Below, one piece after another: positions 1-7,738 of a DNA stretch of 11,786 bases. The translations under genes were made by a program, and so were the position numbers. Numbering within the stretch: the stretch's first letter is position 1; each line of letters opens with the position of its first letter. Source of the stretch: Patescibacteria group bacterium (lineage in GTDB: Bacteria; Patescibacteriota; Minisyncoccia; Phycocordibacterales; JANLHH01); NCBI GenBank assembly GCA_038063375.1, contig JBBTVG010000026.1:1-11786 (forward strand), in the 5' to 3' direction. The notes under the pieces were generated by a model, which did not search any database, was not told the DNA's origin, and saw only the letters and a list, made by a program, of their open reading frames with translations.

Positions 1-38
1 AAGGTCTTTCGGTGCTCATGAAATCGCACCTCAACCTG

Positions 39-1196
39 CTACTTCTCTTCTTTTTTGTCCGCCTCCGCGTAGGAGAGCGTCATTTTTTGGTCTTTTGGTT
101 CAAAGAAGGTGATCTTGAATTTGTATGTCTTTCCCAGTTCAAGCGTTTCGCGGAGTTTCTGTTCCGTACTGAATTCAGATACATGCACCAATCCGGCGAC
201 TCCTTCTTCAATGCTTACCAGCGCTCCGTGCTTGTTGAATTTAATGACGACGCCGTCCACAATGTCACCCTTTTTGTATCTGTCTTTTGCTTCACCCCAC
301 GGATTTTCTTTGAGTGCTTTAATAGACAGAGAGATCTTGTCGTCCTTGATCTCAATAATTTTTGCTTTTACTTTTTCGCGGACTTTAAAGAGGGCTTTAG
401 GGTCCTCCACCAAACCCCAATCAATTTCCGAGATATGCACCAATCCTTCCAGTCCCTCTTCTACTTTGAGGAACACGCCGAAATCAACAATGCCGGTGAT
501 CTCTCCCGTTACTTCATCGCCCACATGGTATTTGCTGACGATTTTTGCCTTGTCGTTTTCCACCATACCTCTCTCGGAAAAGATCAATTTTCCCTCCTTT
601 GGTGATGCGTTGATGATCTGAACAGAGAGCTTTGTGCCGATAAACTTTTTCAGCTCACCCAGTATCTGGTCTTTGTTCCCGTCTTCAACTCGCGGATAAT
701 GCTCTTGGGAGAGTTGAGAAGCGGGAAGGAACCCTTGAATACCTTGCCATTCAAGAATGAGTCCTCCTTTGTTCGCGTCCTTAACGGGAAGCTCCAGAAG
801 AGTTTTCTTCTTTATCGCATCTTCCGCTTCACCCCAGGTGAGCGCTTGGCGCGCTTCTTTGAGAGAGAGCTCGGTGTAGCCATTTTCGTTTTCCGCTTCC
901 ACCACCTTGGCCGCAATAATGTCCCCAATGTTCGCACGTCTGATGACGTCGCGCGCATTCATGTACTCTCGGCCATAGATAATGCCGGTGCCAAACGGCG
1001 CGAGATCAACATAAACCGATCCGCGCCCAAAGCCGATGATCGCGCCTTCAACAAGGTCCCCTTCTTCCGCTGGCACGCGTTCTTCACTCAAAAGCATGTT
1101 TGCCATGCCAGTATCAATAGTGGCGAGTTCACTCGTTTCGTCCGCGTCTTTCTCGAGGATTTCCAGGTCGTTTTTTGTTACGTCAGTCGTTGTCAT
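39..1196 (-). CDS. rpsA: 30S ribosomal protein S1, short ~385 aa form with four S1 domains. The long ORF 39..1634 is an upstream over-extension; the true start is the ATG at 1196-1194 (MTTTDVTKNDLEILEK...).
   Basis: The translation shows repeated S1/OB-fold units (GDIVDGVVIKFNKHGALVSIEEGVAGLVHVSEF; GDEVTGEITGIVDFGVFLKVEEGLEGLVHISEI; GGLILEWQGIQGFLPASQL; GAIIGFGRGSVYVDLAPFGTGIIYGREY). The 146 aa upstream of this Met are low complexity and run through two terminator hairpins. Confidence 0.85.
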   Translation of the reverse strand: MTTTDVTKNDLEILEKDADETSELATIDTGMANMLLSEERVPAEEGDLVEGAIIGFGRGSVYVDLAPFGTGIIYGREYMNARDVIRRANIGDIIAAKVVEAENENGYTELSLKEARQALTWGEAEDAIKKKTLLELPVKDANKGGLILEWQGIQGFLPASQLSQEHYPRVEDGNKDQILGELKKFIGTKLSVQIINASPKEGKLIFSERGMVENDKAKIVSKYHVGDEVTGEITGIVDFGVFLKVEEGLEGLVHISEIDWGLVEDPKALFKVREKVKAKIIEIKDDKISLSIKALKENPWGEAKDRYKKGDIVDGVVIKFNKHGALVSIEEGVAGLVHVSEFSTEQKLRETLELGKTYKFKITFFEPKDQKMTLSYAEADKKEEK

Positions 1197-1210
1197 AATT
1201 TTAAAAGAAA

Positions 1211-1260
1211 AAACCGCTTCTAACCCCGCAATAGAACGGGGTGAAGCGGAGTTTTTTATT
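1211..1260. terminator. Bidirectional intrinsic-terminator-like hairpin lying 1-17 nt upstream of the rpsA ATG on the minus strand. It may act as an attenuator or translational operator rather than a full stop.
   Basis: Two-tier stem: CCGCTTC (1214-1220) pairs with GAAGCGG (1243-1249) and CCCCG (1224-1228) pairs with CGGGG (1237-1241), with an 8-nt loop. On the plus strand the hairpin is followed by a T6 run (1252-1257, AGTTTTTTATT); on the minus strand by TTTTTTCTTTT. Confidence 0.5.
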
Positions 1261-1342
1261 CTCCGCAAGGGGTCTGTATCGTACCTGCCGTTGTCCGGAT
1301 CGTTACAGGGTTGACCTTGCTTTCTCCGCTGATAATAGGCAC

Positions 1343-1370
1343 AGCATACAGTATTCATTAAAAAAGTCAA
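1343..1370 (-). promoter_or_regulatory. Putative sigma70-type promoter for rpsA: -35 TTGACT (1370..1365), a 16-nt spacer, -10 TATGCT (1348..1343), read on the minus strand.
   Basis: Hexamers and spacing were read directly. The site sits between the csrA terminator and the rpsA leader hairpins and would give a ~140-nt structured leader. Confidence 0.3.
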
Positions 1371-1405
1371 AAACAAAAGGGAGTTCAGATGAACCCCCCT
1401 TTTTG
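1360..1405. terminator. Intrinsic terminator for csrA on the minus strand; the hairpin is near-palindromic, so it is bidirectional.
   Basis: Hairpin GGGAGTTC-agat-GAACCCCC (1379-1399). The single imperfection is a G.U wobble on the minus-strand RNA. The minus-strand transcript is followed by UUUUGUUUUUGACUUUUUU; the plus strand is followed by T5 (1400-1405). Confidence 0.55.
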
Positions 1406-1458
1406 CCTTGCGGCTTTGTGCTTTTTTGTTGTGACGCGTTCGACTTGAGGCAAAGGCT

Positions 1459-1653
1459 TTATGCGAGCGCGCGGCCGTTTTGTCCCGCACGCTCCCTCTG
1501 GATGCGCGCATAGATTTCTTCACGGTGGACAGGGACGTCCTTGGGAGCGTTAACCCCGATGCGCACTTGGTTGCCTTTGACACCGAGCACCGTGACCGTA
1601 ACGTTATCACCGATGTTGAGAGTTTCCCCAACACGCCTCGTCAAGATAAGCAT
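1459..1653 (-). CDS. csrA: Carbon storage regulator CsrA/RsmA, 64 aa, a global post-transcriptional RNA-binding regulator. The true start is the ATG at 1653-1651 ([48 protein letters not shown]...).
   Basis: The sequence closely matches the canonical CsrA signature ([10 protein letters not shown]..., [11 protein letters not shown](V)NAPK..VHREEIY). An AAGAGG Shine-Dalgarno lies 11 nt upstream of the start on the minus strand. Confidence 0.85.
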   Translation of the reverse strand: MLILTRRVGETLNIGDNVTVTVLGVKGNQVRIGVNAPKDVPVHREEIYARIQRERAGQNGRALA

Positions 1654-1752
1654 TGAGTAGTACCTCTTGGTTTGTGTGAAAATACGAAAAGAACAATCGT
1701 GGAAATTCAAGTTTGTTTATTATGTCTAGCGAGGAAGGGGATGAAAACTGGA

Positions 1753-1771
1753 ATCCCGACGATGTCGGGAT
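1753..1771 (+). other. Perfect 8-bp/3-nt-loop palindromic hairpin ATCCCGAC-gat-GTCGGGAT embedded in a cluster of GGA motifs. See the finding on a possible CsrA-binding sRNA.
   Basis: The palindrome was read directly. Five GGA/GGGA motifs lie within 1733-1774 on the plus strand. Confidence 0.3.
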
Positions 1772-2093
1772 GGAAATTTTCATTTCATCCGAGCGACATT
1801 GTTTTCTTAGGTGCAAAGCAACTTAGAAAACAAGAAGTACTCCTGTGGTGCGACGACATAACAAAAGGTTTAATACCTCCCCAACTTGCTCTGGGATTAA
1901 TGCCTTTTATAGCAAATATCCGACATGTTGTCAACCGAGCACTACTTTTATTTTACTCTTGGAACAAATGAGGTTTTTGACGGATCATGTAATCATTGTT
2001 TCGGCAGATGCCTGACGGAGAAGTTAATAAAAGTGGTGCTCGGTCAATCCCACCGGAGAGATGAACATAAGCGCTAGGATTCTTCCGTAATTT

Positions 2094-2102
2094 TGTTATA
2101 AT
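2094..2102 (+). promoter_or_regulatory. Extended -10 promoter element TGtTATAAT directly upstream of the MBL-fold gene.
   Basis: TG at 2094-2095 and TATAAT at 2097-2102. The predicted transcription start is only a few nt before the ATG at 2113, so the mRNA would be near-leaderless. Confidence 0.4.
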
Positions 2103-2103
2103 A

Positions 2104-2748
2104 GTGCGCATCATGATAGTCACCTATTACGGCAAACAATTTTTCAAGGTTCAACTCGGCGATACCGTGCTCGCATTCAATCCTATCTCCAAGGATTCAA
2201 AATTGAAAGCGGCGCGCTTCGGCGCGGATGTGGTGCTTACCTCTCTTAATCACGCCGATTTCAACGGTGTGGAAAGTGTTACCTATGGCGAGAAAACGCC
2301 GTTTGTTATTTCCGGACCGGGCGAATATGAGATCAAAGGGATCTTCGTCAAAGGTTTTCTTGCTGAATCGTCATACCAAAAGGAGCACAAGATGAATACG
2401 ATATATCTCGTTTCGCTGGACGGCATGAATCTCTGTTTCCTGGGAGCGCTACAAGAGGGCAAGCTTGATGACAAGACGAAAGAAGCTCTTGACGATATTG
2501 ATATTTTGTTCGTACCGATTGGAGGCGAAGATGTATTGGCGCCCGAGCAGGCGCACAAACTCGCCACCCAGCTTGCGCCGCATGTGGTCATCCCGATGGA
2601 TTACGGCGAAGGCTCTGAGAAAAATGCGCTTGCGCAATTTCTGAAAGAAGTGGGTGTGGACAAGGCGGTACCGCTAGACAAGCTTACCCTCAAGAAAAAA
2701 GACTTGGAGGATAAAGAAGGAGAGGTCATCGTGCTGAAAGCACAGTAG
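2104..2748 (+). CDS. MBL-fold (metallo-beta-lactamase-like, UPF0173/YtkL-like) protein with a degenerate metal-binding motif. The start is either the GTG at 2104 or, more likely, the ATG at 2113 (MIVTYYGKQ...).
   Basis: The architecture resembles the UPF0173 metal-dependent hydrolase family: N-terminal (I/V)TYYG, xDP/NP, a motif-2 region and (L/V)PIGG...HV(I)PMxY near the C-terminus. The canonical HxHxDH is replaced by LTSLNHADFNG. Confidence 0.55.
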   Translation: MRIMIVTYYGKQFFKVQLGDTVLAFNPISKDSKLKAARFGADVVLTSLNHADFNGVESVTYGEKTPFVISGPGEYEIKGIFVKGFLAESSYQKEHKMNTIYLVSLDGMNLCFLGALQEGKLDDKTKEALDDIDILFVPIGGEDVLAPEQAHKLATQLAPHVVIPMDYGEGSEKNALAQFLKEVGVDKAVPLDKLTLKKKDLEDKEGEVIVLKAQ

Positions 2749-2818
2749 TTTCCTCGCTCCAATTTCTCATTAAAACCCGATATCGGAGTATTGGAAATTA
2801 TTGAGAAAGGAGAGATTT

Positions 2819-3100
2819 ATGAAAATACGTTCATTTTCCATGCTTCATTACATTGAAAAATTACAAACAAAGCCGGAATATATTCGCAAGAGGATCCTTG
2901 TCGCGATTGTGGCGGTCTTTATGAGCATTATCGGTTTTGTATGGGTTTCCACATTTTCATTGCGGTTTGGAGGAGATATTCCTCTGCAAGAAGATGAACA
3001 AGCCCCCTCGCCATTTGCGGTGATCAAAGAAAGCGGCAAGACGTTCTCTTTGGATTTCAACCGAGGAATTGAGCAGTTAAAAGAGCAATTTGGACAGTAG
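2819..3100 (+). CDS. Hypothetical small single-pass membrane protein, 93 aa, start at the ATG at 2819.
   Basis: A strong AAGGAG Shine-Dalgarno (2807-2812) lies 6 nt before the ATG. One hydrophobic helix is present (ILVAIVAVFMSIIGFVWVSTF). The TTG at 2801 is an unlikely upstream extension. Confidence 0.55.
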   Translation: MKIRSFSMLHYIEKLQTKPEYIRKRILVAIVAVFMSIIGFVWVSTFSLRFGGDIPLQEDEQAPSPFAVIKESGKTFSLDFNRGIEQLKEQFGQ

Positions 3101-3258
3101 ACCCGTTGCGCAATAATTTTTCGTAGCGAGATGATGAATTTTCGTGCGAAAACAGCGAAGCGCGAGGAGGTGAATACAGCGTATTCATTGACGAGTGATG
3201 AGTTGTTTGTAGCCGAAAATTCATCATTGCAGTAGAAAAGGTTATTGCGCAGCGGGTC
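3100..3258. repeat. 159-bp near-perfect nested inverted-repeat (hairpin) element, a MITE-like or structured-RNA candidate.
   Basis: Outer arms 3100-3121 pair with 3237-3258 (22 bp, including 3 G.U/T.G positions). Inner arms 3130-3144 pair with 3214-3228 (15 bp). A central palindrome GAATAC-agc-GTATTC sits at 3172-3186. The element is flanked by TA on both sides (3098-3099, 3259-3260). Confidence 0.6.
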
Positions 3259-3281
3259 TAATAGTCAGCGACGGCAATATA

Positions 3282-3290
3282 TGTTAAAAT
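3282..3290 (+). promoter_or_regulatory. Candidate extended -10 promoter (TGtTAAAAT) for gyrA.
   Basis: TG at 3282-3283 and TAAAAT at 3285-3290, 27 nt upstream of the gyrA ATG and downstream of the inverted-repeat element. Confidence 0.3.
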
Positions 3291-3316
3291 AGGTTCAAAT
3301 AGAGAGACTTGAGTAT

Positions 3317-5776
3317 ATGATGAAAAAGGATGACAACCCGGTAGACGGGCGGACAGATGGTCTTGTGCCAGTGGATATAAGCTCCGAAATGAAGGAGTCT
3401 TATTTGAATTACGCCATGTCGGTCATTACTTCCCGCGCGTTACCGGATGCGCGCGATGGATTAAAACCTGTGCAAAGGCGTATTCTTTTTGCCATGCACG
3501 GTATCGGCCTCACCTACGCCGCACGACCGAGGAAGTCAGCCGCAGTGGTCGGAGAAGTGCTTGGTAAGTACCACCCGCACGGCGACTCATCCGTGTACGA
3601 AGCGATGGTTAAAATGGCCCAAGAATTCTCATTCCGTTATCCGTTGGTGATCGGACAGGGAAACTTCGGCTCCATAGACGGCGATTCGGCCGCCGCGATG
3701 CGATATACCGAAGCAAAGATGTCCCGTCTCACCGCGGAGATGCTGGGTGATCTTGAAAAAGATACGGTACAATGGCGCCCTAATTACGATGGGACGAGAA
3801 TGGAGCCGGTATATCTTCCCGCGGCTGTTCCGCATCTCATTTTAAATGGCACCTTAGGTATCGCCGTCGGTATGGCAACCAATATTCCCCCGCACAATTT
3901 AAGGGAGGTTCTTGACGCTACCATGCATCTTGTAGACAATCCAAAAGCGACCACTGAAGACCTTCTCCAGTTTGTCACCGGCCCCGATTTTCCCACGGGA
4001 GGAATAGCGTTCGGCAAAGAAGATATTCATCACGCGTACGCTTCCGGCCGTGGGGGCGTTGCGGTGAGAGGTGATGCGGAGATCATTGAAAACAAGGCGG
4101 GCAATTTCCAGATCATCATTACGTCCATTCCGTTCCGCGTGAACAAGTCGGAAATGATCATCAAGATCGCCGACCTCGTGCGGGACAAACGTCTTGAAGG
4201 CATCAAGGCGCTTCGGGATGAGTCTACCAAAGATATTCGCGTGGCCATTGATCTGAAGAGCGGCGCGCAACCGCAGAAGATATTGAATTATCTCTACAAG
4301 CACACCGACCTTGAGTCCACATTCAATTTCAATATGGTGGCGCTTGTTGACGGCGTACCGCAGGTGCTTTCTCTTAAGGGAATACTGGAAGAATTCATCA
4401 AGCACCGCAAGGATGTGGTGACACGCCGCACGAAATATGAATTACGCAAGGCGGAAGAACGCGCCCACATTTTGGAAGGGCTCAAAAAAGCGCTTGATAA
4501 TATTGATAAGGTGATCAAAATCATCAAGCAATCAAAAGATACCGCCTCGGCGAATATGAACCTGATGAAAGAATTCAAGTTTAGCGTGGAACAAGCGACC
4601 GCTATTCTTGAGATGAAGTTGCAAAAACTCGCGGGATTGGAACGGAAGAATATTGAAGACGAACTCAAAGAGAAACTTGAACTTATCAAAAAGCTCAAAG
4701 CAATACTTGCCGACGCGAAGAGGGTCTTGCAGATCATCAAAGACGAGCTTGCGAGCATCAAAGAGCGTTACGGCGATGATCGAAAGACGAGGGTCATGAA
4801 ATCAAAAGCGCGCGTTTTGGCGCCTGAAGACTTGGTGGAAGAAAAAGAAGCTGTTTTGGTGCTCACCCGCGGAGGATACATCAAGCGCATTGACCCCGGA
4901 GAATTCAAGAAGCAAAAACGAGGTGGTGTGGGGGTCATTGATCTTGATACGAAAGAAGAGGATGTGGTAACCATATTCATTACCACCAGCACGCACAGCG
5001 ATCTCTTGTTCTTTAGCGATAAAGGCAAGGCGTATCAGATGAAGATGTACGACATACCCGAAGGAAGACGCGCCACCAAGGGGAAATCCATTATGAATTT
5101 CCTCTCTCTTGGTGCGGGAGAATCAGTCTCTTCAGTGCTTGCTATGCCGAAGACCATCAAAGAAATGCAGGATCTCTCATTGTTCATGGTGACCAAGCAC
5201 GGTGTCGCAAAGAAAGTATCTGCCGAGAGCTTTAAAGATGTGCGACAGAGCGGTCTTATCGCGATCAAGCTTTCCGACGGCGATGAACTTCTGGCGGCTC
5301 TTTTTGTGGATAAAAGCGACGAAGTGATGCTTGCGAGCTCGCTGGGACAATCCATCAGGTTCAAGGGGTCCGATATCCGCGAGATGGGACGTAACGCGGC
5401 GGGCGTGCGAGCGGTGAAATTGAAAAAGAACGATGAATTGATCGGCGCGGGTATTATGAAAAAAGGCGCCGAAGGTTCACAGTTTATGATCGTTTCCGCG
5501 AACGGGTTCGGTAAAAAGACGCCGGCAAAAGAATATAAAGTACAAAAGCGCGGCGGCTCGGGCATTAAGACAGCGAAGGTTACTCCCAAGACCGGGCATT
5601 TGATCGCCGCGAGGGTGATCACCGAAGAGGATACGGAAATAGTGGCTGTTTCCAAGAAGGGGCAGGTGATACGAACAGAGCTGAAAGACATCCCTTCTCT
5701 TGGGCGACAAACGCAAGGGGTGCGCATCATGAAATTGCGCGCCGGCGACAATCTGGCTTCAATCGTATGTTTGTAA
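3317..5776 (+). CDS. gyrA: DNA gyrase subunit A, 819 aa.
   Basis: N-terminal breakage-reunion domain with the active-site region and a QRDR-like [12 protein letters not shown]. The GyrA box QKRGGVG appears in the C-terminal beta-pinwheel region, arguing for gyrase rather than ParC. The ORF is long and uninterrupted. Confidence 0.95.
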   Translation: MMKKDDNPVDGRTDGLVPVDISSEMKESYLNYAMSVITSRALPDARDGLKPVQRRILFAMHGIGLTYAARPRKSAAVVGEVLGKYHPHGDSSVYEAMVKMAQEFSFRYPLVIGQGNFGSIDGDSAAAMRYTEAKMSRLTAEMLGDLEKDTVQWRPNYDGTRMEPVYLPAAVPHLILNGTLGIAVGMATNIPPHNLREVLDATMHLVDNPKATTEDLLQFVTGPDFPTGGIAFGKEDIHHAYASGRGGVAVRGDAEIIENKAGNFQIIITSIPFRVNKSEMIIKIADLVRDKRLEGIKALRDESTKDIRVAIDLKSGAQPQKILNYLYKHTDLESTFNFNMVALVDGVPQVLSLKGILEEFIKHRKDVVTRRTKYELRKAEERAHILEGLKKALDNIDKVIKIIKQSKDTASANMNLMKEFKFSVEQATAILEMKLQKLAGLERKNIEDELKEKLELIKKLKAILADAKRVLQIIKDELASIKERYGDDRKTRVMKSKARVLAPEDLVEEKEAVLVLTRGGYIKRIDPGEFKKQKRGGVGVIDLDTKEEDVVTIFITTSTHSDLLFFSDKGKAYQMKMYDIPEGRRATKGKSIMNFLSLGAGESVSSVLAMPKTIKEMQDLSLFMVTKHGVAKKVSAESFKDVRQSGLIAIKLSDGDELLAALFVDKSDEVMLASSLGQSIRFKGSDIREMGRNAAGVRAVKLKKNDELIGAGIMKKGAEGSQFMIVSANGFGKKTPAKEYKVQKRGGSGIKTAKVTPKTGHLIAARVITEEDTEIVAVSKKGQVIRTELKDIPSLGRQTQGVRIMKLRAGDNLASIVCL

Positions 5777-5778
5777 AA

Positions 5779-5806
5779 GGAGAGCGCGCAGCTCTCTTTT
5801 TGTTTG
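5779..5806 (+). terminator. Rho-independent terminator after gyrA.
   Basis: GAGAGC-gcgca-GCTCTC hairpin (5780-5796) followed by TTTTTGTTTG. Confidence 0.6.
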
Positions 5807-5845
5807 TACACACAGGAGTGGTATGTATCCGCGCGCGAAGTAAGC

Positions 5846-5851
5846 TATAAT
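5846..5851 (+). promoter_or_regulatory. -10 hexamer TATAAT lying 6 nt upstream of the methyltransferase ATG, which implies a leaderless mRNA.
   Basis: TATAAT at 5846-5851 and ATG at 5858. There is no Shine-Dalgarno. The hexamer lies inside the TTG-initiated extension of the ORF, so that extension is unlikely to be real. Confidence 0.35.
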
Positions 5852-5857
5852 GGTGGT

Positions 5858-6388
5858 ATGGATTTTTCTGATCCGAAAAAAAACGTAGAACAACTCCGCT
5901 TGCGGGAAGGAATGTCTGTTGCCGATTTTGGCGCCGGGTCGGGCGCGTATTCCATTGCGGCCGCGCAGACAGTGGGGGATTCGGGGAAAGTATACGCCAT
6001 TGAAGTGCAGAAAGATCTGCTGCAAAAATTAAAAAACGAAGCTACCAATGGGGGCTTCCATAATATTGAAGCGCTGTGGGGCGATATTGAGGTGCTCCAT
6101 GGCACAAAGATACGGGATCACGCGGTAGATGCCGTCATTATCTCCAATGTGCTGTTCCAAGCGGAAGACAAACGGGGTGTTTTGAACGAAGCAAAGCGGA
6201 TTCTGCGTCCCGGGGGTAGTTTGCTTGTCATTGACTGGGTTGATTCATTTGGAGGCTTGGGCCCTCATCCCGACGAAGTGATGACGCAAGCTGCGGCAAA
6301 AAAACTTTGCACGGAGGCTTTATTTGCGTACGAAAAAGATATTGAGGCGGGAGGACACCATTACGGAATGATATTTAAAAAGAGTTAA
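5858..6388 (+). CDS. Class I SAM-dependent methyltransferase, ~176 aa (MDFSDPKKNVEQLRLREGMSVADFGAGSGAYS...). The TTG start at 5804 is an alternative.
   Basis: Rossmann motif I VADFGAGSGAYS; an acidic residue at the end of beta2 (VYAIEVQKD); motif RILRPGGSLLVID. Confidence 0.75.
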   Translation: MDFSDPKKNVEQLRLREGMSVADFGAGSGAYSIAAAQTVGDSGKVYAIEVQKDLLQKLKNEATNGGFHNIEALWGDIEVLHGTKIRDHAVDAVIISNVLFQAEDKRGVLNEAKRILRPGGSLLVIDWVDSFGGLGPHPDEVMTQAAAKKLCTEALFAYEKDIEAGGHHYGMIFKKS

Positions 6389-6404
6389 TACATTTTTTAC
6401 AGAC

Positions 6405-7712
6405 ATGTCCAATTTCCAAATTGCTCTCATCACCACCTTCGTCATATTTACCGTTGTTGCCGTTCTTATCTTTACCGGCGCCATTCCGGGCTTTAAGGCG
6501 CCCGAGGGAGGCTATGGCGGAGAAGTCGTGGTATGGGGCACGTTCCCGAAATTAAAACTAAGCAGTGCGATTGACGCGTTCAACCAACAGAACAAAGCCC
6601 TCTTTAGCCTCGCGTACGAAGAGAAGAACAAAGATTCCTTTGAGCGTGAGCTCCTTGAGGCGCTTGCTTCAGGCCGAGGTCCTGATATTTTCTTTTTGAC
6701 CCAAGACATGGTGCTCAAACACAAAGATAAAGTGTTGTTGGTCCCGTTTGAGACTCTTACCGAACGCGAGTTCAAAGATACGTTCACCGAAGAAGGAGAA
6801 TTATATCTGACGCTCGAAGGGGTGTTGGCGTTGCCGCTTTCCGTTGATCCGCTGGTGATGTATTGGAACCGTGATATTTTTTCTTCAGCTGCTATAGCGC
6901 GCCCGCCGGAATTTTGGGACGAGTTTCTTACCATTGCGCCGGCAGTGACCGAACGTGATGATGCGGGGAATGTGCTTACCAGCGCGGTCGCCCTCGGTGA
7001 ATTTGAGAATATCACGCACGCGAAAGATATTTTGTCCATGCTTATCCTGCAGGCAGGCAATAATATCGTAGAGGTGGCAGAGGACGGCAGGGTGAATGTA
7101 GTGCTGAGCAATACGCAGGAGAGCGGTTCGCAGAGAACGGAATCCGCTCTCAGGTTTTATACGGAATTTTCCAACTCAGTCAAACCGGCATACTCCTGGA
7201 ATCGTTCATTGCCACAGTCGCGGGATATGTTTGTCGCCGGTGACTTGGCTGTGTATTTTGGCTACGCGAGCGAGCTTCCCGATATTATCACCAAGAATCC
7301 CCACCTGAATTTTGACGTATCTCTCGTACCGCAGATTCGGGACAATAAGACCAAGGAAACCTTTGGGAACATGTATGCTTTGGCAATCGCTCGGAATACA
7401 GGGAAACCCCAAACGGCGTTTCAAGCACTCGTCTTAATGGCGGGAAGCGATTTCGCCAACACGGTTTCTAAAGCAATGAAACTCCCGCCCGTTCGGCGCG
7501 ACTTGTTGTCCATCAAACAAACAGATGCCTATAATTCGGTATTTTATGATTCAGCGCTCCGAGCAACCGCATGGCTAGACCCGAACCCGGAGGCATCTTA
7601 TAATGTATTTAAAGACATGGTGGAAGATGTCTCGTCAGGCAGATTTCGCATCAGCCAAGCGGTGTTGAACGCGAATACGGAGCTGAAACAATCAATAGAT
7701 TCGCGTGAATAA
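6405..7712 (+). CDS. Membrane-anchored extracellular solute-binding protein, ABC-transporter SBP family-1-like, 435 aa.
   Basis: An N-terminal hydrophobic signal-anchor (IALITTFVIFTVVAVLIFTGAI) is followed by a ~400-aa periplasmic-binding-protein-like domain. This is a by-eye resemblance to sugar/oligosaccharide SBPs. No Shine-Dalgarno is present, and the gene starts 16 nt after the methyltransferase stop. Confidence 0.55.
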   Translation: MSNFQIALITTFVIFTVVAVLIFTGAIPGFKAPEGGYGGEVVVWGTFPKLKLSSAIDAFNQQNKALFSLAYEEKNKDSFERELLEALASGRGPDIFFLTQDMVLKHKDKVLLVPFETLTEREFKDTFTEEGELYLTLEGVLALPLSVDPLVMYWNRDIFSSAAIARPPEFWDEFLTIAPAVTERDDAGNVLTSAVALGEFENITHAKDILSMLILQAGNNIVEVAEDGRVNVVLSNTQESGSQRTESALRFYTEFSNSVKPAYSWNRSLPQSRDMFVAGDLAVYFGYASELPDIITKNPHLNFDVSLVPQIRDNKTKETFGNMYALAIARNTGKPQTAFQALVLMAGSDFANTVSKAMKLPPVRRDLLSIKQTDAYNSVFYDSALRATAWLDPNPEASYNVFKDMVEDVSSGRFRISQAVLNANTELKQSIDSRE

Positions 7713-7738
7713 GAAGATCTTGTTTTCTTCGCTCGCTC

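Noticed and set aside
12-1314. Plus-strand ORFs 12..605, 109..621, 699..1223 and 1036..1314 overlapping rpsA.
   Set aside because: They are antisense to a well-supported rpsA CDS, low-complexity with odd composition, and lack start-site signals.
39-1634. Full 531-aa minus-strand ORF as a single protein.
   Set aside because: The N-terminal 146 aa are Ser/Arg/Lys low-complexity and run through two terminator hairpins and a promoter-like region. The S1 homology begins at the internal Met (1196).
1672-1971. 99-aa plus-strand ORF in the csrA-MBL gap.
   Set aside because: It is Cys/Trp-rich with no recognisable domain, SD or promoter context. The region is better treated as non-coding and is flagged separately as an sRNA candidate.
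2777-2786. 10-bp perfect palindrome CCGATATCGG upstream of the 93-aa membrane-protein gene.
   Set aside because: It is short enough to be chance (it contains an EcoRV-like GATATC) and has no supporting context. It could be an operator, but there is insufficient evidence.
3520-3600. GyrA QRDR ([12 protein letters not shown]) as a quinolone-resistance signal.
   Set aside because: The residues equivalent to E. coli S83/D87 are Ser/Glu, which is wild-type-like, so nothing is notable.
5035-5811. 258-aa minus-strand ORF and other antisense ORFs inside gyrA (3629..5028 cluster).
   Set aside because: They are antisense shadows of a highly conserved long CDS.
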